From Paramoeba atlantica (lineage: Eukaryota > Protista > Discosea): a DNA stretch of 64,000 nucleotides. Of the stretch, positions 20,656 to 32,233 are shown one piece after another. The notes beneath the pieces were generated by a model. It was not told where the DNA came from, did not search any database, and saw only the letters and a program-made list of their open reading frames with translations. Every line of letters starts with the position of its first letter. Position 1 is the first letter of the stretch. The position numbers and the translations under genes are program-made. The DNA lies in assembly GCA_977017575.1 (NCBI GenBank), contig CDRNVI010000069.1, positions 124,001 to 188,000 of the forward strand, written 5' to 3'.

Positions 20656-23189
20656 GGTGTAGAAAACTGTATTAGCTACATGTATATCATCTCGAGCTTT
20701 AAATAGTTTCAGTAATTGCCTGCTTAAGAAATAATATACATGTTCAAACTGTCTTCTTCTCCCACCTTACGGTATGTTAGTGCAGTTTTTATTCGTTCGA
20801 TATTTCTTTTGATACGAAGTTATTCTAAGGAATATCTTTTCATGTTCTGGTTTGGATTCTTCCTAATCACAGCTCAAAGATATGGAAGACAGATCACTCG
20901 CTAGAATTCAGCTTATTCATTGTAATGTAGTACAAGAGAGAAAGAGTTATGACGCTTCGGGGCGTAATATTTTTTTATATCAAAACTCTAAAAGGGGGAT
21001 GGTGGCGACATTGAGAATCAGCAAATAGCCAATGAGCTTCGGAAAATTCGTCAATTACGGTACCACCGTGTAAGATAGATTCCCACTATTCCAAAGTAAT
21101 CATCATGCTAGAAATGTAGTTGAAATTAATTGAATGTACTTTTAGTCGTCTTCTCTACTTCTTAACCAAGTGGTGTTGTGCAAGCGTTTTGGGTTTACAT
21201 TTATTAGCAGGTAAAAATAGGGTTGGACCTGTACGACGACTAACAGACAACCCGTACTGCGTTTTAAATTCCCCAAGATATTTTACTTTTAACTTCGAAA
21301 AATCTTATCTGTTTTGCATACAGTGCAGTCGTACGTGATAGTCACGTCATGTAGGAACTGCAGAATATATTTCACGTGCATTTAAATACGACAGTACTTA
21401 AATTTATAAGTTTGTTCAAATTAAATTTATGAGCTTGTTGAAATTGTTCCTTGTACTTTACGAGTGGAATTAACTTTGTAAGTGTACCAAATCCTCGTTG
21501 TGACTACCAGTTGGGATCAACACTCTCTCGGAGTTCCATAATTCTATGATGATACAATGCCCTGGAAGGAGTTAAGTAGACACCTAACACTATCATATAG
21601 TGTTAGATCTTAGAAGCTGGTTCTCCTGCCTCGTGGTTGAGATACATGCATACCCCTTTCATTTAGTCTTGTTGACGATTTCGACGTGGTGTGTTGTTCA
21701 GCACGTTGCCCCCATGATCACGCGTTTGCTGTTACAGACGGTATGTAAAGTTTCAGTCATTTGAAATGCAAGCGTTGCCCGTGGGAATCACACGGCCGCC
21801 ACAAAACCATTACCTTGTTCACCGGCGCGAGTGTAAGGGACCCATTTCAGTGACAGATCCATGGACCTCCTTCGATGCACCCTCCTTTGGTATCCTTAAA
21901 GGTCGAGCGCTTTTGTACTAAAGGTATACCAATGCTCCACGCAATGTCGAGCTTACCATTTTCTCAGACGGCTGAAACCAGACATTTACGATCCCGACCG
22001 GTCCCACAGTTCCTGGTTGAATTTCCATCGAAGAAAAGACTTGGTGAAAACGTGAGTTCTAGAAATTCGATGAAAGAGAGAGCAGTCAAAGAATATTTTT
22101 TAAGGGAATTCATTCAAGTGTTATGCAAAAACGATGTGTGTTCAGTAGAAAGTTGCTTCTTGACTCTTGCCAGAGCTCGATCCTTCGCCTTGAAGTGACG
22201 CTCTGGCTTACAACCCTAAGGCGTAAACCACGAAAAGATTAAAACAACTTGAGATTGGAGTGGCGCTATGATACATGTACCAGTATTTTTGTGAATTCAA
22301 GGTAGAGGAACGACAGGGGGTATTCAGATCAGCATCTGAAAGAGAAGCTGCTAGAGAAAGCCTTTCTCTAGGGCTGCTAAACACCTCAAGTCCACGTTGT
22401 AACCGTCGGTGGACCCTCACCGAGACCGGACGGAAGTACAAAGTCTGTACCCCTGCCTCTAGATGATCTCCCGAGACGAAGTGGTGTCAGTTTTCAAGCT
22501 GTACATCTCTTTCTGGACCACCGGATCACGTGACCGTCCTTTTACTGGCATGTTCATTGAGTGCGAGGCAGCGGAAGAAACAGAAGTCGAGTAAAACAGA
22601 AAAAGGAGGAAATAGTTCTCCAAAGAGGAAGACAAGACCAAAATTTCGGGATCAGCTATACTATGAAAATTTTAGTTTATGAGTTAAGCAAGGAGACTTC
22701 GCGCACAATAGGAGATCCGATAATAGGAGCTTTGATTCATCGTACAGCTACGGTTCTTGTAGATCGTACCGCAGCCGGTGAAACCAACGTTACGAAGATG
22801 CCCCTTTGAAGGAGGAAAGTCAATCCAAAGATACCTCTTTTAGTGAGCAACTCATGGACTGTAATGATGATGATGGCTAGGACATTCAGATGTGGTCTCC
22901 CGGAGATAACCGGACACAATCCGAAATTATCAGCTTTTAGCCACGTCGCAGCACATACATTTTTAAGAGCACGTAGACACTTATAACTACGTTTTGCCTC
23001 TCATACATTTATATTCGCCCAAACATCAGGCCTTTGATGGCAAGACAATGGCCGAAACTCTAACCAGCTATCTTCAAATTGCGGTGGTTGTACATCTACC
23101 GCTCTGCCCTCGATTATTAAAAAAAGTGAACAAAATAGTGAAAATGTAAGAATAACACAGTAATAAATATAATAGCAAAAAATACGCTC

Positions 23190-23500
23190 CGGTGGTCCAA
23201 AACTGGAAAAGAAATTCAAAAAAATCGGGGGTCCAGGGGGGGGGATGGAGGAGTCCAGGGGGGCATGAGGGGGACATACATTGGTTTCACGATATCTTCC
23301 CCACCCGCGGAATTTTGAGTTTTTTTATCCGTTTTTTCTCATTTGCAGCATTGGATAGATCTCATTTCCCTGGTGAAGAGCTTTGCCGCACTTTATTTAT
23401 AGGGACCCCCTGGTACCCCCCTGGGTCCAAAACACATGGTTTTTTGAGTCATTTTTCTGCATTTTGTTTTGTTCTTTTATGCTTTGTCAAAATATTTTCT
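23190..23500. repeat. Dispersed transposon-end remnant
   Basis: CCCCTGGGTCCAAAACACATGGTTTTT matches the reverse complement of about 7790-7815; C/G tracts typical of the TIR elements here. Confidence 0.45.
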
Positions 23501-23572
23501 CTCGCATTTAATGCGCCATAATGGCATTATGGCTTGTTTTCATTGTTTCGTTTGTCAGCAAAGCTAGCATAT

Positions 23573-24505
23573 TTACGACTCGAAGAGTCCAAGAGATGAA
23601 GTATTTTGAATTATGGATGAAAACAAGTTGTCACCGTGTTTTATGTAAGCTATTGGAACAACTATCTTCGAAAGGTCCAGAACCCCAGAAAGCCTATTGC
23701 TGTTAAGGGTGAGTCGTTTCAGATTAGGAGGAAGGGCACTGAGATCGACCGGACCTTCAAAATCGTTTTCATGAAAGTAAAGTGCCTCAAGTTGTAAGGG
23801 AAGATATCGAAGTTCTAATGACCCCGAAAATCGATTCACAGAAAGACCCAAGTACTTTAATCGCGAGGGTAGTTCCGTAAGCGTAACGGGACCAGAAAAA
23901 GCGCAAAGTCCAACCCCTAAATGTTGAAGCACGACAGGTAGTTTGTCCAAATCAACGGAACCCTCAAAGTGATTACTGGTCAAAGAAAGATACTCAAGCG
24001 AAGAAGGCAAAAACGTAAAATCTACACCACCCCCAAACTGATTGTAACCCAGGCTCACGTAGGTGCAGCCAGCAGGAAATGAAGAAAAATCAACAGGTCC
24101 AGATAACTCATTTTTACTTTCGTGGAGACTCCCAACGTTTATGCGTTCAATCGTCTGTGGAAGCCACTTCCATATCAGACTTCCCAAAAGACCTGAATGG
24201 CGTCTTTCCCAATTTAATGCGCTCACCTCTTTTGCTGAGTTACATTCCACACCGTGCCAGTCACAGGCGTTGATCTCCGGTTTCCAAGTGGAATGTGGGT
24301 TGCTTAAATTAGCTATTAATTCAAACAGTTGAGTCTCCTGCGGTATGAGAATTCGTCGTACTTTATAAGCACGCGAAAAAGTAATCTTATTCTGAGGCGA
24401 AGATTCTTGCGTGTTCGCCTCTCTTTGTTTTCTTTTCTGAACTGAATTTTCTGGATCGACCGACGTAGCTCCAGAAAACAGGTAAAAGTGCTCACACGAA
24501 AGCAT
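23573..24505 (-). CDS. LRR-family protein
   Basis: YKVRRILIPQE leader, NACDWHGVEC cap, about seven repeats. Confidence 0.88.
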   Translation of the reverse strand: MLSCEHFYLFSGATSVDPENSVQKRKQREANTQESSPQNKITFSRAYKVRRILIPQETQLFELIANLSNPHSTWKPEINACDWHGVECNSAKEVSALNWERRHSGLLGSLIWKWLPQTIERINVGSLHESKNELSGPVDFSSFPAGCTYVSLGYNQFGGGVDFTFLPSSLEYLSLTSNHFEGSVDLDKLPVVLQHLGVGLCAFSGPVTLTELPSRLKYLGLSVNRFSGSLELRYLPLQLEALYFHENDFEGPVDLSALPPNLKRLTLNSNRLSGVLDLSKIVVPIAYIKHGDNLFSSIIQNTSSLGLFES

Positions 24506-24914
24506 GTAAAAACGTAGAAAAGAAAATTAGATATAGACCGCTGTACATGAATGAGTTACCCATATTTCTTATGGCAGGAGTAGTGCCATACTCCATGTAT
24601 GGTGTGCTATATTTAACCCCCTATTTCTCCCAATAATCCCCTTATTTAGTGTTAGATTTTGCCGAATTTCACACAACGCTAAGTAGGGGGAGCAGTAATT
24701 TTGCCAGATTCTAAATTCCAAAAAATACATCTAGGACTTTTCCCTGCACGATCAGGAATTCGATTAACCTGTTCCACAAGTGCGTACCCAGGAGCCCCAA
24801 TCGAGAGTTCTGGAATGCACTATTGAAAAACGGATAACCCCAAATACAAACATTCCAGTAATTCAGTGATTGTCTCATCAAAACACTGATCCCGAAAAAA
24901 AGGAATGCTTATGC

Positions 24915-25205
24915 TTACGTGATAGGATAAATTTTCCTCACTTGTGGATTGAGCGGGTCGACATATATACTTTTCAGCGACCTTTTTCCTGTTTGACTAT
25001 TGGTTCGAGAAGACTCTTTGGCTTGAGAATCCTTGTACGCTTCGTAGGTACAGTAAAGTAAGGGGGGTAGACATAAAAACGGAACTGCTATCATAAGACG
25101 CATATACAATAGCATTGCTTTGTATTTTCGCGTAGTATATGGATTGTGCTTGCGCCTAGGTGATGATTTTCCAGTGACTCCTTCCATGGAGATAAGAAGC
25201 TTCAA
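24915..25205 (-). CDS. Small hypothetical protein with one hydrophobic segment
   Basis: 96-aa ORF on the gene strand; no recognisable domain. Confidence 0.4.
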   Translation of the reverse strand: MKLLISMEGVTGKSSPRRKHNPYTTRKYKAMLLYMRLMIAVPFLCLPPLLYCTYEAYKDSQAKESSRTNSQTGKRSLKSIYVDPLNPQVRKIYPIT

Positions 25206-25651
25206 GGATACCTAGGATCAGCACACGCACGCATGTGTGCATACTTACATAAGAAATAATGCGATACCCGAATTAAAAATTAAATAAAGTTTTGCACAAT
25301 GAGGACGTCACAATTCTCATAAATAAATGTGATCCTCATATTTTCTTGACACAAAGGGTACGCGAACAGATGGATGTATCGCTCTAAAGAAATTGTTTCC
25401 ATACAATATACACAATAGGGGTACATTAACAAGTTCGGTTCGATCATGTTCTAAAAAAATGCAAAGCTTAACTACATGTAAAAATAATCAGGGAATTTTT
25501 TCACTCCTTTTTAGGAACTAATTTACAAAAGAAATTTGTTACCAAAAAATAAATTCATTCGAACACATTTTCATTCGAAATTTTATCGCCTCTTACCTGT
25601 GTATATTATTAGATTACAACACCTCTGTTTGCCACCATCGCATACCACCAC

Positions 25652-26341
25652 TCACTCCATACCCAAATAAACCGAAAACTCATGAAAATCGCGATCAAAC
25701 TCCGCTTCAATCTCCGCAAACGTGTACGCCGGTCCCTCATCCGCCGCGGGATCATCCGTCCAATCCGGGTGCATCACCAACCACGGCCGGTTATGTACAT
25801 AAAAATGCTGATGACACATGGGGCAAATATTCTTCGCGTACCCTTTAAACATCAACCCATAGGCCCCATCCGGCACATGGGGGGCACAGTCCCCTTGACA
25901 TAACGCCACCTGGGCGTCCCCGGGGTTTCCCGTACCCTCCAGCCGCAGCGGTCGGTCCTCACTCCCGATCGGGGGCTCATAGAGGTGGTTCACAGTAAGA
26001 TAGGGCCTCTCGTTGTACTCCTCCTTGTCGTGCTCGACCAGCATTACCGTCTCGTCGGCCTGGAATTTATGGTGGAACTTTCGCGGCTCCTGCCACTCCA
26101 CGCGGGCCCGTCCCCGGACGACGTCGTCGAACAGCGGGAGACTCTGGTCTACGATTTTAGAGAAGACACTTCCCTTGAATGCATCGGCGAGACTCTTGTT
26201 GTTGTCAGAGAAACGCCACGGCATCATGGGGTTCTGGGAACGGTCCTCGTTGGGGACTGGGGGGATGGCGCTGCCGGAGAGGCAAAAGGGGGTAGAAGAG
26301 AGGAGTGAGCGGGAGAGGCGGGAGGGGGTAGAGCAGAGCAT
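25652..26341 (-). CDS. Cytochrome c oxidase subunit 5B-like Zn-binding mitochondrial protein
   Basis: Presequence-like MLCSTPSRLSRSLL; GSEDRP...VALCQG...KGYAKNICPMCHQHF resembles the COX5B GTxEDP...IVGC...RCPxCG pattern. Confidence 0.65.
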   Translation of the reverse strand: MLCSTPSRLSRSLLSSTPFCLSGSAIPPVPNEDRSQNPMMPWRFSDNNKSLADAFKGSVFSKIVDQSLPLFDDVVRGRARVEWQEPRKFHHKFQADETVMLVEHDKEEYNERPYLTVNHLYEPPIGSEDRPLRLEGTGNPGDAQVALCQGDCAPHVPDGAYGLMFKGYAKNICPMCHQHFYVHNRPWLVMHPDWTDDPAADEGPAYTFAEIEAEFDRDFHEFSVYLGME

Positions 26342-27177
26342 GGGAGAGGGCGAAGGGAGAGCGGGTGTCGGAGGTCGGGGACTAAGGTGAGAAGGGGAAG
26401 AAAAGAAAAAAAAGAAGGATGTGAATGCAAAAGAAAAGGTTGTTGATAAGGGAAGAAAAACGATACGAGATTTTTTACAAGAAAAGCGGGTCAAAGTGAA
26501 GCATTATTGCGCCTTTTTTGGAAAAAAATAAGATATTTTTTTAGGTTTATGGGCCGCTAGTACTTATTTCTTTTGATTTCGCTTCTAAAAAGCTGAGTCT
26601 TCACATTAATTAGAGATCTTCGCACAGCTGTTTTAAAAGATTTCCCCCGCTATTTCCGATCTTCTGATCATTGGCGACTTCTCCGCTAAACTTTGGTCGA
26701 TCTTTTCTTTCTTCATCAAACCACCCAAGGGTCCCATTCCCACGGGATCGTACTGCCTTCTTGAACATCTCATTCATGCGTTCAACATTGTTGGTGTGCA
26801 CCAAATATCGTCGATGATTAACTGTCTCATGCCGCAAGTCGTTTCCCAGCGAGCGACTCGATCGCCAGCAATCAGTGCGCGTTACGGTTCGGCTTCCAGC
26901 AGACAACTTTTTTTTATTAATCGTGTTGTTGTGCGCAGTTCATAGTGATAAACCGTGAAAAAAGTTTGTATTTTTAATAATCTGACACTCTAAAAGAAAA
27001 CATACTTGTTTCAAACCAATATTTGAAAAATGTAAAAAACTGTTTTTTTGGCGCAATAATGCTTCACTTTCACCGAAAAGCAACCATGTAGTCCATGTGT
27101 TCCCTTTGTCAACACTCATCCATCTGCATCGGATACTCCCATTTTACCTGGTGGTTCCCACACAAAATGAATGATCC

Positions 27178-28340
27178 TTACCCCCCTCCCCCCTTCCCCC
27201 AAAATCTTCCTCCCCCCCCTCCCTCCCCTGCCAACCTCACCTTCCCCTCCCACCTCTTCCTCTCCCCCTCCCCCCACCCCTCCACCCTCCTCACCACCTC
27301 CCCCTCCCCCCACGTCCCCATGTAACTCTGCCCCACGACGTACCGCCCCACCCACTTTCGGTGCCGCACCCCCCCGAGCCCCTCACACACCTCCCCGACC
27401 CCCTCCGTCCACCCCCTCCCCCGCGGCTGTGCCCCGGCGGGTCGGCTGGTGACATTGTTCACCAGCACCAGCAGCCCGTAGCGGGGGAGCGCCGCGAGGG
27501 CGTGGCACAGCACACGGAGCCGCGCGGGGGGGGTGGGGACCGCGGAGAGCACCAGGGAGAGCACCACCACGGGGAAGCGGCCAAAGTAGGGGGAGGCCTC
27601 CGCGGGGATGGACCAGTCCACGGTGTGGACCGGGGCGTCGGGGTAGGGGGCGCGGTCGAGGGCGGTGAGGGTGAGGGAGAGGGTGGGGGTGCGGGGGTGG
27701 GTGGCGAGGGGGTTGTAGCAGGAGCCGATGTCGAGCAGGGGGAGGGGGGAGGGGGTGGGGTAGAGGGGGGAGAGGAGGGCGAAGAGGGTGGGGGAGGGGG
27801 TGGGATCGCGGGGGGGGAGAGGGAGGGGGACGGGAGGGGGGAAGGAGCGCATTATGGTGGAATAGAGTTTGAAGTCGGTGTTGTTGAGGGGGGAGAGATT
27901 TGAGTTCTGCTCAGGGTTTAGGTGATATGTGGATTCTGTGGGTTGAAGGGATGAATCTGGCGTATCGTTTGCAGAGGGCTCAGAGAGTGTGGGTTGATAG
28001 GGAGACTCTGTGTTGCGTGAAAAAAGAATTTTCTTGGCGAATTTTCGCATTACTTGTAGCCTACCGTTAGCATAAAAAAGTTTTCTACGGCATCCAGAAT
28101 CCACTCATTACGATCTTCCTTCCGTTCCGAAGATTCCCAAAAATCATTGGCCAGGTGAAACATCGCGGAGGAATAGGATGAGTCACATTTATCGTCATGC
28201 TCCCCTCTTGCTTGAGCACGTCGATGACTTGATTTTATAATATCAGAAAGCTCGTTTTGTTTTCGTAAACGCTCCTTACGTGCTTCGTAATATGCACGGT
28301 TCATTAAAAATAAAGAAAATAAGGTGTGCGCATTAGACAT
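27178..28340 (-). CDS. BMT2: SAMTOR/BMT2-family SAM-binding protein, split by a 1-nt frameshift near 28075
   Basis: ORF 28050-28340 gives ELSDIIKSSHRR...YSSAMFHLANDFW...RNEW; ORF 27178-28104 gives LLDIGSCYNP and VVLSLVLSAVPTP; both match successive parts of SAMTOR. Confidence 0.8.
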
Positions 28341-28591
28341 AAATTCATTGGCTTCAACTTGCTTGGATGAATTCGCATGGGCTCTAGTAGGTACATGTAT
28401 AACATACAGTGCGCCCAGATAGTAAAGTTTTTTTGGTAGTTACCACCGATTTTGGGTAACTAGCATCTCCCTCTATAGAACTAGCATCTCCCTCAATAGA
28501 TGAGCATGAGTAGAATAACTCGGAACACGATTTGCTACTAAGAAACAAATTCTTATGAAGAATGGTCATGAAGAATTAACAAACAACTTTA

Positions 28592-28908
28592 TACCCCCCC
28601 TGCTTATTGAGAAAAAGGAACTCGTAAGCGTACCAGACCAGAATTCGAGCCATAGAAACGCGAAAATTCGGGCCTGCCGCACTTCGCGCCGCGGGTTCTC
28701 CTTGACAATGATATTGACGCTTAAAAGATTATCCGCTCAGTGAGCAAGTCCGTAGAGCAGCCCGACGTACAGTTGGTGGGATTTTAATGAATTTTTGTTC
28801 ACTGCAAAAAGATCGCTTCGCGAAAAGTGCGTACAAAAACATTCGCCTTAGAAAAAGGAACTCATAAGCGTACCAGAATTCGGGGAACTCATAAGCAGGG
28901 GGGGGGTA
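28592..28908. mobile_element. About 320-bp MITE
   Basis: TATACCCCCCCTGCTTAT ... ATAAGCAGGGGGGGGGTATA; internal repeat AAAAAGGAACTC(G/A)TAAGCGTACCAGA. Confidence 0.7.
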
Positions 28909-28950
28909 TAGTATCTACAACAAATTACCCACCTCGGAAAGAGAAATCCA

Positions 28951-29706
28951 TCAAGCTTCCTGCTTGTTTGTAGGACTACATACCATTACGTGCGTTGTAC
29001 CAAAGTGATATTGCTCGGCGAGTATGTCAGCCGAGAGCCCACTGAGTCGCACCAGACGCCCTATCTCCCGATTCCACCAGCATCCCCAACGAAGTGCATG
29101 ACCGGGGGCAAATTTCTGCAGGTACTCGTTCAACCAGGAGCGATTCCCTTTGCCGTGTTCTAAAAGGAGGAGAGCGCCTCCTGGTTTACATACTCGATTC
29201 ATTTCTGTCAGTGCTTGGAGTGGGTGGGCGTAACTACACAACCCAAACACGTCAATGACGGTGTCGAACTGGTTATCCGCAAACGGTAGTTTTTCCGCAT
29301 CCGCGCATTGAAACTCATAAGGGATTTCTTTGTGGACAGGAGGGGCAAGTTGGTTATAGTTGGCCTCCATCACAGCAACCATCTCGGGGGATTGATCACA
29401 CATGACAACCGACGTTACATTTTCAGGGAAAAGGCCAATGTTACGACCAGTGCCCGCCCCTACCTCCAACACTTGACCCTTGGCGTACTGTCGCAGGAGT
29501 GATCTCCGTCGACGAGAAATCCCCAACCAAATTTCCTGAAACTTTGTTTTGCTATCGTAGATGGTGGCAAGACGACTGAACTGGTGCATTCGCTGAGCGT
29601 CCGACACGGAGAACGTCTGTGGGGTAGCGCTACGAATGGCCACGTAGTAAGTGGTGCCCGCAAAGATGGTCCCGGCCATACATGTGGCACCAAAAATCCC
29701 GAGCAT
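28951..29706 (-). CDS. Class I SAM-dependent methyltransferase (OMS1/METTL7-like)
   Basis: VLEVGAGTGRN, DAEKLPFADNQFDTV, LKPGG-like CKPGG, LLLEHG; N-terminal hydrophobic anchor. Confidence 0.88.
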   Translation of the reverse strand: MLGIFGATCMAGTIFAGTTYYVAIRSATPQTFSVSDAQRMHQFSRLATIYDSKTKFQEIWLGISRRRRSLLRQYAKGQVLEVGAGTGRNIGLFPENVTSVVMCDQSPEMVAVMEANYNQLAPPVHKEIPYEFQCADAEKLPFADNQFDTVIDVFGLCSYAHPLQALTEMNRVCKPGGALLLLEHGKGNRSWLNEYLQKFAPGHALRWGCWWNREIGRLVRLSGLSADILAEQYHFGTTHVMVCSPTNKQEA

Positions 29707-30435
29707 GAGAAGAAACGAGCCAGAATGCCTTCGTTGGTTGGTTCCAGCGGGCTAGATAAAATCACGTGGGAAGGAGCGATCCAAAATAGAGCTCGATAAA
29801 GTCGAAATGGATCGTTATACCGTCAAAGTTATTAGCGGAATAAAAATCATTGGAATAAAAACTACCGTAATAAGTGACGGAGTAAGTAACGGAGTAATTT
29901 AATTTTGTCGGATTGTTTCGTCAAATTCGTTGATCTTTCCGAAAATTGTCCAAAAAGTTTGTCAAAATTTTGATCTTCCCCAAAATTGATGGATCGATTA
30001 AGACGTATGCGGAGAAATTTTCTGAGAACTTAGAAATAGTTCTGAGAAATCAGATAAATGTGCTGAAAAAATTCAGCAAAACGAATCACGCTATTGATAT
30101 GGATTTGCGAAAATATCTTAGATCCGGTGGGAAATATCATACCAACTTATCGTGCCCAATGTACCAATTGAATAAGCAAAGAGTACGAGATGTACGATAA
30201 TTTAAGTTACTTGAGAGTGCATTTAAAATGTTGTGTCAGGGAATTGCTACACTGTACCCGTGATCTTGACTATGAAAACTATACCAATACTGTTCTTTTG
30301 AGATCGCATGCGAATGCCACAAGGGACGCATCGTACCGAACTTCAAGATAAAGCATATTAACCACGTAATCGCGCTATTATTTAAAGAATCTGAAAGAAA
30401 AGCTGGCATGGTTGACACTTTTTTGACACAACCTA

Positions 30436-31222
30436 CAGTCCAGCTCTTGGCTTCGCCCCCCAGGCTCCAGAGCGCACGGTAAGAGCTTTTGACCTAATTC
30501 CTTCGGCATTCAACAGATCTCGAAAAACTAGAGCGTTTACCGCCGTAGTTTTGACCATACCGACCCCTATGCGCATCATAGCTAAAAAATACACGAAAAA
30601 TTAGGTGTTTTTTTCATAAATTACAAAAAAAATCCAATTTTTCCAATTTTTCAGAGTTTTTTTTCTTTATAAATGGTTTCTCATTCGATGAATTTGCGGG
30701 ATACTCCCGTTAAATCGACACAAGGACAGTATGCCAACTCTCCCAAAAACAAAACACCCCCAGTCACTCATAAAATAGTGCGATGTACCCTCCCAGAGCG
30801 CCTTGAACTTGTCAGCCAATGTAAAAAGGGGCTTAGTGTTCATGCATTGGCCAAAAATTTTGGCAGAGACAGAAAAACTATACGTGATATCTTGTCTAGA
30901 TGGAAATTAAAAAAGAGATTGTATAAATTCTGTTCCTAAACGCTTGCGCATTGTGCAGCGCGTTCAAGGAGACCATTGTGGGTACTAGTGCATAGGAATT
31001 TATACACATTTCTTATTTTTTTACCCCCCTTCAAAAAACAAAATTGGGGGAAATTTCCCAACTTTCACTACGCCCACCTAGGACCCAGGGGGGGGGGTGA
31101 TAGGCAAAGCAACAGTGGGGAACGCACTAGTTTTTCGAGATCTGTTGAATGCCGAAGGAATTAGATCAAAAGCTCTTACGGTACGCTCTGGAGCCTGGGG
31201 GGGGAAGCCAAGAGCTGGACTG
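30436..31222 (+). mobile_element. Non-autonomous Tc1/mariner-like element with about 100-bp TIRs
   Basis: TA|CAGTCCAGCTCTTGGCTT ... AAGCCAAGAGCTGGACTG|TA; HTH-only ORF at 30673-30939. Confidence 0.85.
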
Positions 31223-31244
31223 TATATCATGGTACTTCGACTAA

Positions 31245-31937
31245 CTATGCGTTCAATGCGAACAATAAAAACACGTAAAAAATGAGAAGACAAGTTGTTC
31301 TTATGTCCTTCCATTCCCGTCCAATTGTTTCATCGGTTCTCACACAACGCGGGAGGACATGTTCGGGAAAAATCACAAGCTTAGGATTGGAGCACAAATC
31401 TAGTGAGGCCAACCGCCGTGAAAGGCTGGAGACGTCTAATACAGAACTAAAATCATTGTGCCTAAGATTTAACGCCCCCAAGCGAGGTGGGAGATCACTT
31501 AAAATCAGCCTCCCGCAAAAGCGATTGTAACTCAAATCAAGATTACGTAGCGCGACGGGTAGATGCGTGAAATCCAATTCCCCAGTATGACGATTGTGTC
31601 CCAGAGCAAGACTCCACAGCCCTTGAGGGAGCACGGATAAGTCAACCGTACCTCCTAACTCGTTACTACGAAGATCAATATAGGCGAGAGTATCAGGGAG
31701 AAACCGGTAGGACAAGTTTCCACGCAGTCCCAATCCATGCCAGAACAATCGAACGACCCGGCCGTCTTCAGAACACATGACACTTCCCCATTTCTCGATA
31801 GGGGTGTTGGCGTTCCACGTGGGGTCGGTGCCTTTTGCATCCTGAAGAAATTGCGTGAGAATCACCTCATCTGGGTGTAGTTGTAGCCGCGACTTTCCCT
31901 TTTTGGTGGATAAGACGCGTGAGATGGGCGCATTCAT
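31245..31937 (-). CDS. LRR-family protein
   Basis: PIEKWGSVMC cap; repeats LPxxLxxLxLxxNxxxG. Confidence 0.85.
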   Translation of the reverse strand: MNAPISRVLSTKKGKSRLQLHPDEVILTQFLQDAKGTDPTWNANTPIEKWGSVMCSEDGRVVRLFWHGLGLRGNLSYRFLPDTLAYIDLRSNELGGTVDLSVLPQGLWSLALGHNRHTGELDFTHLPVALRNLDLSYNRFCGRLILSDLPPRLGALNLRHNDFSSVLDVSSLSRRLASLDLCSNPKLVIFPEHVLPRCVRTDETIGREWKDIRTTCLLIFYVFLLFALNA

Positions 31938-32233
31938 AAAATGTTAAAGATTTTTTTGAGTTGGACAACTATCGATTACGCTAGAAAAAAAAACGAACGA
32001 AACAAATACCACTCTTGTCCCCAAAAAGGACGGCAGTTCTTCATACTGACTTATTATTCATATTGGTAGAAAACATGCAACGAAACATACCCTCGTGAGA
32101 CTAAACTCTACCCTTCAATAGAACTATATTGAAAAAATAGGAGAGACTTAACAGGGCAAAATTTTCTGCTTCAGTCCTCCTTTCAGATCACTTTATAGGT
32201 CTGTGTCTCGCTTTGCAGGAGTTGTGGCTCACT

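Noticed and set aside
21600-22900. Short ORFs between LRR genes
   Set aside because: No motifs, mixed strands; cannot support a call.
31199-31217. GGGGGAAGCCAAGAGC similarity to the ingi/RIME 79-bp signature
   Set aside because: It is part of a Tc1-like TIR mirrored at 30436; the rest of the signature is absent.
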